Positions 50,936-61,564 of a stretch of DNA of 64,000 nucleotides are shown piece after piece (position 1 is the first letter of the stretch; every line of letters starts with the position of its first letter). A program made the position numbers and the translations under genes. The DNA is from Opitutales bacterium (GTDB taxonomy: Bacteria > Verrucomicrobiota > Verrucomicrobiia > Opitutales > UBA2987): NCBI GenBank assembly GCA_965226885.1, contig CBDDEL010000011.1:256001-320000 (forward strand), given 5' to 3'. A model generated the notes under the pieces. It was not told the origin of the DNA, did not search any database, and saw only the letters and a list, made by a program, of their open reading frames with translations.

Positions 50936-51918
50936 GAAACATCCTCATCGAAATTTTTACCGTTCAACTTGAATAATGCCCTGGTGATGAGGGCGCGGGC
51001 CATTGGCATTTTATAGCCGTTATGCTCCTGCGGAACCGCCTCGTTCAATATCATTTCGGCAGCCATTTTGGCAGCTCTTCGATCCAGTTCCCGGCCTTCC
51101 AGAAATTCGTTCGCTTCCTCCACCTCGTGAACCAAGGGAGAAATCGCACCCAGGGCCACCCGCACATTACGCAAGACGTTTCCTGCCACGTCTCCGGCGG
51201 CAGCGCAACTGACCAAGGCCCAGTCGAAATCGCTTTTTTCGGAAACTTGCAGGTAAATGCAAGGTCTTGTTTTGACCGGAATTTCGATATGGAGAATGAG
51301 GTCCGCCGGCTGCAAAGAATTGTGGGCGTAGGGGTTGAACCAGGCGTTCATGTAAAACTCGCCCATGCTGACATTGAAATTGTTCTTGCTGCGCTGGACA
51401 TTGGCGGTCGCGTTGAGGGTGGCCAGGATAACCGCCATATTGGACACCACCGGGCTGATACAGGGATTTCCGGAAAAAAGGCTGTGGTATTTGTTTTCGG
51501 CTTCCTGGGCGTAACAGCGGGCTCCGCCGTTTTTGAGGCATTGCACATCGCGGTGGCGGTAATACCAGCAGCGGGAATGCTGGGCCAGGTTGCCCGCCAA
51601 GGTTCCCATGTTGCGGATTTGGGGCGATCCGACCCTGGCGGCCGCTTCGGCCACACCGGGAAGGTTTTTTTGAAGGCCCGCGTGTCCCGCGATTTCCGCA
51701 ATGGTTACATTGGCGCCCAATTTCCAACCGTCTTCGGTTTCAACAATGTCCCGTGTGCCCGGAAGCCGTTTGATATTAACCAGCCTACCCGGTTTCAACA
51801 CGTAGTCCTTGATTTCACCGAGAAGGTCGGTGCCTCCGGCCAGGAATTTATCTTTTTTGCCGCAGAGTTGCAAAGCCCTTTCGGTATTTGGGGCCGTCAC
51901 ATATTGAAAAGCATTCAT
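50932..51918 (-). CDS. Xanthine dehydrogenase family FAD subunit (PaoB/YagS-like)
   Basis: Motifs AGGTDL, SPQIRNMGTLAGNL and the Cys cluster RCWYYR..C.K.GG.RC...C; also NGYK. Confidence 0.9.
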   Translation of the reverse strand: MNAFQYVTAPNTERALQLCGKKDKFLAGGTDLLGEIKDYVLKPGRLVNIKRLPGTRDIVETEDGWKLGANVTIAEIAGHAGLQKNLPGVAEAAARVGSPQIRNMGTLAGNLAQHSRCWYYRHRDVQCLKNGGARCYAQEAENKYHSLFSGNPCISPVVSNMAVILATLNATANVQRSKNNFNVSMGEFYMNAWFNPYAHNSLQPADLILHIEIPVKTRPCIYLQVSEKSDFDWALVSCAAAGDVAGNVLRNVRVALGAISPLVHEVEEANEFLEGRELDRRAAKMAAEMILNEAVPQEHNGYKMPMARALITRALFKLNGKNFDEDVS

Positions 51919-54101
51919 TAGTGACCCCTCTCCTTGGCTTCGGCGGGTTTAAATTCATCCCAATGGAGTTTTTTATGAAAATCCCTCCAATTTCCTGCCA
52001 ACGATGCGGCGGGTTTGTTGGGTACTTTGCCCAAGGCGGCCAGTACTTTGTCCGGGGTGATAGGGATGCTTGGCACCCGCGCACCGAGAGCGTTGGCGAC
52101 GGCGTTTCCGATGGCGGCGGCGGTGGGGATGGTGGCCGGTTCACCTATTCCGATGACTCCGCGCTCGGGCATATCCAGCAGGATAATTTCGATTTCGGGC
52201 ATGTCCTGGGCTCCGGGCAGTTTGTAGGTTTCAAAATTTGGGTTGAGGACTACGCCGGAAAGCGGGTCCATCACGCGTTCCTCGAATAAGGCGTATCCGA
52301 TACCCATAATGACCCCGCCGTAAGCCTGGCTTTCGCAGGTCAATTTATTGACCACCAGACCGCAGTCCTGCACGCAGACGATCTTTTTAATTTTGACGAA
52401 GCCGGTTGCGGTGTCCACGGCGACTTCCGCCATCTGCACGCCGCCCACTCCGCGAGAGGATAGGCCTTCATGCCAGCGCCCCTGGGCAATGAGCGGCTGG
52501 ATGCCGATTTTTTGGCATGCCGTCGGCCAATGGTTCCCGGTGGGGTCTTCCATGTCGCTGACCTCTCGCAATTCTTTCAAGGCATTGTGGCAAACGTTGT
52601 GAATGGCGGGCGACACCGAGGCGGCCGTGGTGCTTCCGCCGCTGCCGCCGGAAGGCGGGAAAAGAGTGTCTCCCAAACGGACCGTGATCTGGCTGGGTTT
52701 AAGGCCGAAAATCTCCGCCGCGATAACCGCCATGAGGGTGCGGGTGCCGGTTCCCAAATCCTGGGTGCCGCAGCGCAATTCGACCGAACCGTCGGCATTG
52801 ATCTGGCATTCGGCCTGGGTTCCGCGGCCTCCCCCGCCCCAGGTGCCCCCGGCCAGGCCGATTCCGGTTTTGATGGTTCCGGCAGAGCTGCCGGGAGGCC
52901 GATACTTCTCTTTCCAGCCGAAACGCTGGGCCGCTAATTTCCATTCCTTTCGGCGAATTTCCGCCGGCAGCGAGTCGGAGGTATCGTTTTTGAGACGAAA
53001 ATCAAGCGGGTCCATTTTCAGCTTGAGGGCCATTTCGTCCATGATGGACTCCATGCCGAAGGAGGCCTGGGGATGGCCCGGCGCGCGAAAGGCCCTGGCT
53101 GAACCGGAGTTGATAGCGATACCGGCCTGGCGAACCCTGGTATTGGGTATGTTGTAAATATAGGGAGCGGGAAAACCCGACCGGCCGCCCCCTCCCGCTG
53201 TGCTGGGGCCACTGGCGAATCCTGCCGAGCCGAAGGCGTTCATTTCAAATGCGATGACTTTGCCCTCTGCGTCCGCGCCCATGCGGATTTGCTGAAATGA
53301 AGATGGGCGATAGCCAACCGCTCTTGCCTCATCATAGCGGGGGAGCATGAGCTTGACCGGAAGGCCGGTTTGGCGGGTCAGGCGGGAGACCAGGACGCCT
53401 TCCACTCCGGGTCCGAACTTGGAGCCGAAACCGCCCCCCATGTATTCGCTGACGACGCGCACCTGGTTTTGCGGAATTTCGAGGTTGTTAGCCAATCCGT
53501 CGCGAACACTGAAAACCCCCTGGGTGGAAGCCCAAACCGTAAGGTTGTCTCCCTGCTGGTGGGCGGTGTTGCCGTGAGTTTCCAGGCAGTGGTGCATTTG
53601 AATTTGAGTGGTATAAAGCCCTTCGACGATTGTCGCGGATTGGGCAAATGCTTGATCGACTTCTCCGTTTTCCCGCACCCGCGGTTCGCCGATATTGGGA
53701 AAATCCGGAAAAACCCTGGCCGAATCGGGATTTATAGCCGTTTCCTCATTGACGACATGGGGCAGTTCGGTGGCTTCCACTTTGATGAGCGCCAGGGCGT
53801 CGAGACAGGCCTGTTTGCTTGTTGCGGCCACGGCAGCCAGCTCCTGTCCGTAATAATGAGCGACAAATGCATCATCCCGCACCTTGATGACCGCCTGGAT
53901 GCCGGGAGAATTGAGGGCAGCCGACAAGTCGATAGAGTGAATTTTGGCGTTGGCCCATTTGGAACGCAAAATCATTCCGTAAAGCCAGCCTTCATTATGA
54001 ATATCGGAGGAATAGCGGGCGGCGCCGGTCACCTTGTGCGGGCCGTCCACGCGTTGAGTGAATTTGCCCAGGTATTTGGGGTTTTTTGGCCAGCTAGGCA
54101 T
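51918..54101 (-). CDS. Xanthine dehydrogenase family molybdopterin subunit (PaoC/YagR-like)
   Basis: Motifs RVDGPHKVTG.ARY, GGGFGSK, AFRAPG, QDLGTG and GIGEP. Confidence 0.92.
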   Translation of the reverse strand: MPSWPKNPKYLGKFTQRVDGPHKVTGAARYSSDIHNEGWLYGMILRSKWANAKIHSIDLSAALNSPGIQAVIKVRDDAFVAHYYGQELAAVAATSKQACLDALALIKVEATELPHVVNEETAINPDSARVFPDFPNIGEPRVRENGEVDQAFAQSATIVEGLYTTQIQMHHCLETHGNTAHQQGDNLTVWASTQGVFSVRDGLANNLEIPQNQVRVVSEYMGGGFGSKFGPGVEGVLVSRLTRQTGLPVKLMLPRYDEARAVGYRPSSFQQIRMGADAEGKVIAFEMNAFGSAGFASGPSTAGGGGRSGFPAPYIYNIPNTRVRQAGIAINSGSARAFRAPGHPQASFGMESIMDEMALKLKMDPLDFRLKNDTSDSLPAEIRRKEWKLAAQRFGWKEKYRPPGSSAGTIKTGIGLAGGTWGGGGRGTQAECQINADGSVELRCGTQDLGTGTRTLMAVIAAEIFGLKPSQITVRLGDTLFPPSGGSGGSTTAASVSPAIHNVCHNALKELREVSDMEDPTGNHWPTACQKIGIQPLIAQGRWHEGLSSRGVGGVQMAEVAVDTATGFVKIKKIVCVQDCGLVVNKLTCESQAYGGVIMGIGYALFEERVMDPLSGVVLNPNFETYKLPGAQDMPEIEIILLDMPERGVIGIGEPATIPTAAAIGNAVANALGARVPSIPITPDKVLAALGKVPNKPAASLAGNWRDFHKKLHWDEFKPAEAKERGH

Positions 54102-54771
54102 TAAAGATTTCCTTTGCTGATAAAATTTGCACCCGATTTTTGGTTTTCACCCCGGCAGCTTTGAGGGCGGCCTCAAATATGCGAGGATAGGTTCCGCAGC
54201 GGCAGAGATTGCCCGAGCAGGCTTCCCTGACCTCGGCTTCGGTGGGGCGGGGGTTATTGTCCAGCAGGGCCGTTAGATTGACGACGAATCCCGGTGTGCA
54301 ATAACCGCACATGAGGGAATCGCACTCCACAAACGCTTGCTGCACTTTGTTCAGTTTGCCGTTGGGGGAGAGGCCCTCGACGGTGGTGATTTCTTCTTCC
54401 TGCGAGTCGATGGCCAGCTTCATGCAGGAATATTGGGGAACCCCGTCCACCATTACGGTGCAGGCCCCGCAGGTGCCGCGATCGCAGACTTCTTTTTGCC
54501 CCGTCAGGTTCAAATGCTCCCGGATGGCCTCCAGGAGGGTGACCCTGGGCTCGAGGACGAGGTTTTTTTTCTGGCCGTTGATATTGAGGGTAATAGGCGT
54601 CCCTTGCGGCCCGGCGATTTTTTCGTCGTTAATATCCTTTATCTGGGCCGCCAGATGCTCTGCTTGAGTTGCCGCCGCGGCCACCGCGGAGGTGCCCACG
54701 CCCTTCAGGAAGTCTCGCCGTGAAAGGGAGTTGGGGCCGCTTCTGGTGGCATTTTTATTTTTACCCGACAT
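54094..54771 (-). CDS. [2Fe-2S] subunit with a Tat signal (PaoA/YagT-like)
   Basis: SRRDFLK Tat motif; motifs CDRGTCGACT, CGYCTPG and NLCRCG. Confidence 0.92.
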   Translation of the reverse strand: MSGKNKNATRSGPNSLSRRDFLKGVGTSAVAAAATQAEHLAAQIKDINDEKIAGPQGTPITLNINGQKKNLVLEPRVTLLEAIREHLNLTGQKEVCDRGTCGACTVMVDGVPQYSCMKLAIDSQEEEITTVEGLSPNGKLNKVQQAFVECDSLMCGYCTPGFVVNLTALLDNNPRPTEAEVREACSGNLCRCGTYPRIFEAALKAAGVKTKNRVQILSAKEIFNA

Positions 54772-54825
54772 GCCAGCAGTGGTGGGTGGGGTGCATAACA
54801 AGTATTTGAACTTGATTGAGTTGTT

Positions 54826-55542
54826 TCAGCCTTCGTTTTTGTTGACTGCGTAGGGGGGCGATTCCTTGCCGAAACTTCCTATAAATACGCTTTTGGCGAG
54901 GTGGTTGTTCCAGGCGAGTTTGAGCCCTTTTTCCCGCACGGTGGATTTGCGGTTGAGAAGGACATTGAACGAATTCATGGGGGAGCGAGGGCTGTGCCAT
55001 AGCATTCCGGCGCAATGTTCGGGACCGGACGCAACCAGAGATTGCGTCTCCAGGGCAATGGATTGGCCGATTTTGAGGGAAACGGTTTCACCGGATCCTG
55101 AAATTTCGATGGGGGCCATTTTTTCCTGGACCGTTCCGGCGGAGATTTTTGGGTGCATGGTTTTGAGCCAATCGACCAGTGCCAATCGCTGCTCCTGGCT
55201 GGCTTCCGGTGGTAGATAAATGACACTTCCGGTGGGAAGGGTGGTGGGGAAGGACAGGTTGGCCTTGGCGACTTGCAGGAGGGCCACTTTTAAGCCGGTA
55301 AAATCTTGCCCGGCATGAACGCCTTTTTCAAAGTTCCAGACCCGCAGGAGGGAACGGCCGCCGAGGGTGGATTCGGAAGATGCGATGCAGCCCCCGGCAA
55401 TCAGTTCGCAGTCGTGCAATTCCAATACTTTGCCGCCGGGTATATCTTCCGAGGCGGTGGCTGCTAATGAAAGGGCGCAGGTAGAGGCAATGAGGGTGGC
55501 AATAGCGATATAAAGGCTTTTAGTTTTCATTTTGAATGGCAT
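54826..55542 (-). CDS. Secreted Cys-containing protein, DUF1326-like
   Basis: Signal peptide; ELHDCELIAGGC.ASSE...W...G resembles the DUF1326 N-terminus. Confidence 0.5.
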   Translation of the reverse strand: MPFKMKTKSLYIAIATLIASTCALSLAATASEDIPGGKVLELHDCELIAGGCIASSESTLGGRSLLRVWNFEKGVHAGQDFTGLKVALLQVAKANLSFPTTLPTGSVIYLPPEASQEQRLALVDWLKTMHPKISAGTVQEKMAPIEISGSGETVSLKIGQSIALETQSLVASGPEHCAGMLWHSPRSPMNSFNVLLNRKSTVREKGLKLAWNNHLAKSVFIGSFGKESPPYAVNKNEG

Positions 55543-55543
55543 G

Positions 55544-55573
55544 GGGCTCCCTGGTTGAGGGCTCCCTGGTTGA
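55544..55573 (+). repeat. Perfect 15-bp tandem duplication
   Basis: gggctccctggttga x2, directly upstream of the 54826-55542 gene. Confidence 0.95.
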
Positions 55574-55693
55574 TCGTATGCACATAAACGATGTCAATGG
55601 CTTCATTTGCTTGGTTGACGACGTTTTAACCGGGCAAAATGATGAAGGCAAGCAAATCCGGTTTTTGGACAAAATCCGGTGGCTTGCACGAGT

Positions 55694-56584
55694 TTAGAAG
55701 CCTGTCGCGTCCAGGTACAACTTCTGTATTTTTTCCGTCACCTCGTTCAATTCCTCGAGGCCTTCGGTGGCGACATTGCCGATGACCACCCGCAATGGCC
55801 GCTGCCCGACCGGCATTTCGATGAGGTCGCTGATACCATCGGCAACTTCTTTTACGTCGGGAACATCGGGGCCGCTGAATTTTTCCGCAAAATAAGCGTA
55901 TAGGTTGGATGCGGGGTTGGTCCCGACGCCGTAACCGTCCTGGCGGTCTGAATCGGCGGCCGCTATGCAGCTACCCCCAAGTTCGGTTGGGAAACCGCCC
56001 GGTTCGATGGATACACAGTCTATGTTGAAGGGGGCCAGTTCGTGGGAGTAGGATTCGACGAGGGCCTCGAGGGCATATTTGGTTCCGCTGTATATGTTCA
56101 ATCCGGGAATAAAAAGACGGCCGGTGGTGCTGGTTATGTGAATGAGCAGGCCGGATTTTCTTTCGCGCATGTGGGGTAGAACGGCGCGGTTTACGCGCAG
56201 CGGCCCCAGCGTGTTGACATCGAAAATGTGACTGACCTGTTCTATGGTAAAACCTTCCAGGTAGCCGGAGGAGCCGATTCCGGCATTATTGACGACCACG
56301 TCGATATGCCCGGCGCTGGCCAGGATGCTTTCCACGGCCGCATTGACCGAAGATTCGTCCAGCACATCCAGTTCCACCACCTCCAGTTTGACGCCTTCGC
56401 TCTGGCTCCATTCCCCAAGCTCCCGGGCGACGTCTGCGTTTTTGCCCCCGACATCCCGCATGGTGGCAAAAACCCGATGGCCTTTTCGGGCCAGGGTCTC
56501 GACAATCGACCGGCCGAAACCGCTGGTGCTGCCGGTTACCAGAACGTTCATACTTTTCGCATTAGCATTAGTATTTGTATCCAT
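55694..56584 (-). CDS. Short-chain dehydrogenase/reductase
   Basis: Motifs TGSTSGFG, VNNAG, YSGTK and IEPG. Confidence 0.93.
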   Translation of the reverse strand: MDTNTNANAKSMNVLVTGSTSGFGRSIVETLARKGHRVFATMRDVGGKNADVARELGEWSQSEGVKLEVVELDVLDESSVNAAVESILASAGHIDVVVNNAGIGSSGYLEGFTIEQVSHIFDVNTLGPLRVNRAVLPHMRERKSGLLIHITSTTGRLFIPGLNIYSGTKYALEALVESYSHELAPFNIDCVSIEPGGFPTELGGSCIAAADSDRQDGYGVGTNPASNLYAYFAEKFSGPDVPDVKEVADGISDLIEMPVGQRPLRVVIGNVATEGLEELNEVTEKIQKLYLDATGF

Positions 56585-56630
56585 ATTTGTGCTTTCTCAG
56601 TAATATAATTTCGGTTAAAATTCACCCTAA

Positions 56631-58199
56631 CCCGGATATTTCGTAAAAAAAGTATCGTTGATATGCTTAACTGCTGATATACAGCAGGATAGATCAATAA
56701 TTAAAGCAATATCAGCGATGACAAAAGGTAAACAATTAAAGCTACAGTTGACAAGGGTAAAAGGCCGCCGTGTGCGGGTTGATTTCAAGGGCGGAGAGGT
56801 TACTTCGGATGCCGGACTGCTTTTGATCCGGGAAGTGGATCGGCAGTTGGGCTTGACCGAACGAGCGGCCCGACAGTTAGTGGACAAACGGCAGAAGGGC
56901 AAAGTACGCCATGAGGTATTGGGGATGCTGCGGCAGCGCGTTTACGGGCTGGTGGCGGGCTATGAGGATTTGAACGACTTTGATACCCTGCGCCACGATC
57001 CATTGTTGCAAACGGTAACGGGGCGCATTGAAACGTTGGCCAGCGCGCCGACTTTGTGTCGTTTTGAAAACGGGCAGGATCGGCGGGCGGCCTTTGCGGT
57101 AAACGAGCTGTTGGTCGAACAGTTCATGGGCTCCTTTGCCGAGGAACCCGAAGAGATCATCCTGGACTTTGACGCCACCGACAATCCGGTGCACGGGCTC
57201 CAGGAGGGACGTTTTTTCCACGGTTATTATGATCATTACTGTTTTCTGCCGCTATATGTTTTTTGCGGTGATCAGCTGCTGGTGGCCTACCTGCGGCCGA
57301 GCAAGATCGATGCCAGCAAGCATGCCGGGGCCATCCTCAAATTGCTGGTTAAACGGATTCGCCAAAGCTGGCCCCGTACGCGGATTATTTGGCGCGCCGA
57401 CAGTGGATTTTGTCGAGACCGGATACTCTCTTGGTGCGACCGCAACGAAGTTAGTTACATCGTGGGGATGGCTCGCAATGCACGCTTGCAGCAAGACGCC
57501 CAGCAGTTGCAAAAGCAGGCCAAAGAATGGTTCGAACTAAGGGGTAAAAAACAACGGTTATTCCAGGACTTCGTCTATGCTGCCGATTCGTGGCGATGGC
57601 TGCGGTTGGTCATCCATAAAGCCGAACACACCGCACAGGGGTCCAACCCGCGCTTCGTGGTGACGAACCTGCCGGGCGATCCCCAGGAGCTTTACGACAA
57701 GGTATACTGTGGCCGCGGTGAAATGGAGAACCGAATCAAGGAACAGATGCAATTGTTCAGCGAGCGCACCAGCGCCCATCAATGGTGGGCCAATCAGTGC
57801 CGATTGCTCTTGTCGGCGCTGGCCTACACCTTGATGGAAGCCATGCGCCGGTTAGCCTTAAAAGGGACGAAGTGGGCGCGGGCCCAATGCCACACCCTGC
57901 GGCTCAAATTAATCAAGATCGGAGCGGTCATCGTGCGCAACACCCGAACGATTCACTTTCACCTAAGTGAGAGTTATCCTTGGGCCAGTCTTTTCAACCA
58001 TGCGGCCCGCCGATTGGTGCCAACCTAAAGGGTGCATTGGTGCTGCCCCCGGCACTACCGAACCAATGGGGGAAAGGGGGCAGTGTCTCTACACCCTGAA
58101 AAACACCTAAAAATCAAGACGATCTGCTCAAAATACAAAGAAATCCATCTCCAATAGCAATAACACGAGCCAAACTTTACCCTTCATGAAATATCCGGG
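56631..58199 (+). mobile_element. IS1380 copy, complete (transposase 56718-58028)
   Basis: Both IRs; perfect 4-bp TSD ctaa at 56627-56630 and 58200-58203. Confidence 0.95.
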
Positions 58200-58252
58200 C
58201 TAATGTTTCATAATTAAACCACGGATGCAAGTTGCTGGATGCTGGATTTTGG

Positions 58253-58994
58253 GGTAGTGTATAAAAAAAGAATGTTATATTGTATTTTTAGCTGTACAAA
58301 TAGCGTTAGGCAGTTTATTTTTAGTGCATGGTTACTAAAATTATTAATTGTCGGCACTGTGGAAGTGAAAATATCATTAAATTTGGCAAGACGCCCAACC
58401 ATAAACAGCGCTACCGCTGCCATGATTGTGGTAAACAAAGCCGCGAAAACCCCACAGTGAAATACACCGAAGAGCAAAAAGAAATGATCCTTCGAGTCTA
58501 TCAGGAACGCAGCAGTCTACGCGGTTTACAGCGCGCCTTCGGGGTGAGTCCCAACACCGTTTTGAGTTGGTTAAAAAAAACGACAATCGCTGCGACCGCT
58601 CAAAAGCACGATTCTTGCGGCCCGCCGCCATGATGTCATTGAACTGGACGAACTGTGGTCTTTTGTGGGGCGCAAGAGCGATGCCCAATGGGTTTGGATC
58701 GCTCTTTGCCGACGCACCCGTCAAATCCTCTCCTATGCCATTGGGCCTCGGGATTGGTATCGTTGCCGGGAACTTTACGAGCGTCTGCCACGGGCCTACA
58801 AAAGATGTGCCACCTACAGCGACTTTTGGAGCACTTATGATGAAGTCTTTCCTCATAACCGATCCGTGGGAAAATAACCGATCCGTGGGAAAAGAAACCG
58901 GTGAAACGGCCCATGTGGAACGATGGAACAATACCCTGCGCCAACGACTGGGTCGTTTCACACGCAAAACCCTCTCCTTTTCCAAGCTTAAGAG
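58253..58994 (+). mobile_element. IS1 copy 2, frameshifted by a 19-bp duplication and 3'-truncated
   Basis: Matches copy 1 up to aagag; ataaccgatccgtgggaaa x2 at 58855-58892. Confidence 0.9.
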
Positions 58995-61564
58995 TGATGT
59001 GACCGCCGAAAACACTACCATTGCCAGTGAGAGTCTTTCTGGAGAAATTACCGGAAAGACCTATGAAGCAAAAAAGATACACCCCTGAACAAATCATAAC
59101 GATACTGACGTGTACTGGATTTGTTGGACACGGGATTCTCTTATATTCATTGTTTATTGATTAGTGTGTCAGGCGGCTTGTTTTGGTAAAGGGTTTTGTT
59201 TTCTCGTTGCCCCCCATGGGGGGCAAATATTTTCCTCGAATTGGACTGGGCTTTGGTAACTCAGAGAGGAATGTTTGCGATATCGGTTGTAGAAGATTTC
59301 CACGTATTCGAAGACAGTTGATCGCAGTTCGCGCTCGTCGGCAAAGTGGCGGCCTCGAATCGTGCTGGTCTTGAAGCGGCCGTAGAACGATTCCATGGCC
59401 GCGTTGTCGTAGCAGTTGCCTTGGGCGCTCATGCTCGGCTTCATGCCTAGTTCAGAGACCAGCCTCTGATAGTCGTCGCTGGCGTAGGGGCTGCCCCGAT
59501 CGCTGTGATGAATAATCCCGGTGCGCAGTGTGCCGCGGGTCATGGCCGCGGCTTTGAGGGCCTTGCCAACCAGCTTCGCGTCGTTGTGGTTGGAAACGCT
59601 CCAGCCCAGCAGGCGTCGGCTGAACAGGTCCATCACCGTGGCCAAGTACATCCAACCGGCCAGGGTCCGTAGGTAGGTCGTGTCCGCCACCCAGACCTCG
59701 TCGATATGGGTCGGCTGGCCATGCTTTTTAAGCACATTGGGGCTGTAACCATAGGGATGGTTACTGTTGGTTCTTAATGGCTTAAAGCGTTTACTCTGGG
59801 TGCTTTTGATTCCCATTTCACGCATCAGACGCAGAGCCCGGTCACGGCCGCAATCGATGCCCTCATCATCCTTCAGATGGCGGTGCATTGGCCGATGCCC
59901 ATAGCGGCCCTTGGCCTCTTTGTGTACCTTCAGGATCGCCCCCTTGATTCCCTCGTCCTCGATCCGCCGGGCCGAGGGCGCTCGGTGCCTCCAGCAGTAA
60001 TAGCCACTGCGACAAATCCCCATCGCCGAGCATATTTCCTCGATCTTGAAGCGCCCCTCGTTGTCTTTGACAAACTGGTACTTCATTGTTCGTCCTTGGC
60101 AAAGTAGCCCACCGTTTTTTTTAGTATCTGGTTGATCCGCTCCGAGCGGCGCAGCTCTTTGCGAAGACGATCTATCTCGGCCGCCATCTCCTTCGGACTG
60201 CTCTGTCGCTTTGAGGTGGCTTCGCCCTGCTGATCGTCCAGATAGAGCCTCTTCCACCTATACAATTGGTTGGTGTTGACCCCAAGTTTGGTCGATACCT
60301 CGGTGGCGCTCAGACCATCGAGTATCATCAGTTGAACTGCCTCATTTTTGAACTCTATACTAAAGCGTCTTCTTCCCATGCTTCGATTCTCCATTTAGGA
60401 GAATCTCGTGTCCACTTTTTCCAGTGCACATCAGTCCCACAATATCAGTCCTCAAAGCTACCATCGTTGGCGTAAAAAGTATGGCCGCATGGAGCTGCGT
60501 GACGCCAAGCGGCTGAAGGAGCTGGAGCGCGAGAACACACAGCTTAAGAAGATAGTAGCCGAGCAGATGCTGGAGAACCGTGTGCTCAAGGAGGTGAACG
60601 CAAAAAAATGGTAGGCCCGAAGCAGAAAAAGGAAGCGGTGAAGCATGTATTGGCCCAAGGGTCGTGCTCGCTGCGTCGGGCCTGTCAGTATTTTGGGTTG
60701 CACCGCTCAACCTACCTGTATGAACCCAAGAAAGCTACTGAGTATAGGCATAAACTGGTGGCACGCATCATTGCCTTTTCGAAGAAGCATCCGCGCTATG
60801 GCTATCGTCGGATCCGCGCTTTGTTGACCCATGAAGGTTGGCCCGTGAGTCGCAAATTCGTCCAAAAAGTGCGTCGTTTCGAAGGACTGGGTGTGCGGCC
60901 GCCTGGCAAGCGCCGTCGCCGGCAGGGCCAATCCACGGCTACCCCGACCCGAGCAGTGCAGCCCAACCATGTGTGGAGTTGGGACTTTGTGGCGGATCGC
61001 ACCGACCGGGGCGGTCCGCTCAGGCTCTTGACACTGATCGATGAACATACCCGTCAATGCCTGGCCATTAAGGTTGCGCGCTCACTGAAAAGTGCCGATG
61101 TGGTAGAGGTATTGAACGATGCCATAAGAGAGAACGGCAAACCTCAGTGCATCCGCTCGGACAACGGATCGGAGTTTATAGCCCACCAAGTCAAAGAAGA
61201 ACTGCAGCGACAGGAAATTGCCATCGCATACATTGATCCAGGAAGCCCTTGGCAGAATGGACATATAGAATCCTTTCATAATCGTTTGCGCGATGAATGC
61301 CTTAATCAGGAACTGTTCCTGAGCGTGACCGAAGCGCGTGTGGTGGTCGAACAATGGCGACACAAATACAACGCGAAACACCCCCACAGCCGATTAGGCT
61401 TTCTCTCCCCAAATACATTTGCCAGACTCTGGCGAACAATCAACAAAGCAGCGGCTGGCTCCATTCGGCCTACGGCCTCATTGCGCCACCCGCTGCAAAA
61501 CCTACAATACCAAACCTACGGAAATACTCTCACTTAAAGTGGTAGCAAAGATGGGGTCCGATCA
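58995..61564 (+). mobile_element. IS3-family (IS407-like) element; orfA broken (59063-59105 plus 60434-60614), orfB 60608-61537
   Basis: Imperfect IRs tgat..gacc...ctacca...agtgagagt; MKQKRYTPEQII; A7-TGG-TAG (AKKW*); motifs WSWDF, RSDNGSEF and PGSPWQNGHIESF; no TSD. Confidence 0.88.
59106..60433 (-). mobile_element. IS3-family element copy 3 (orfA 60083-60394, orfB 59169-60086)
   Basis: Near-identical to copy 2; flanks do not match. Confidence 0.93.
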
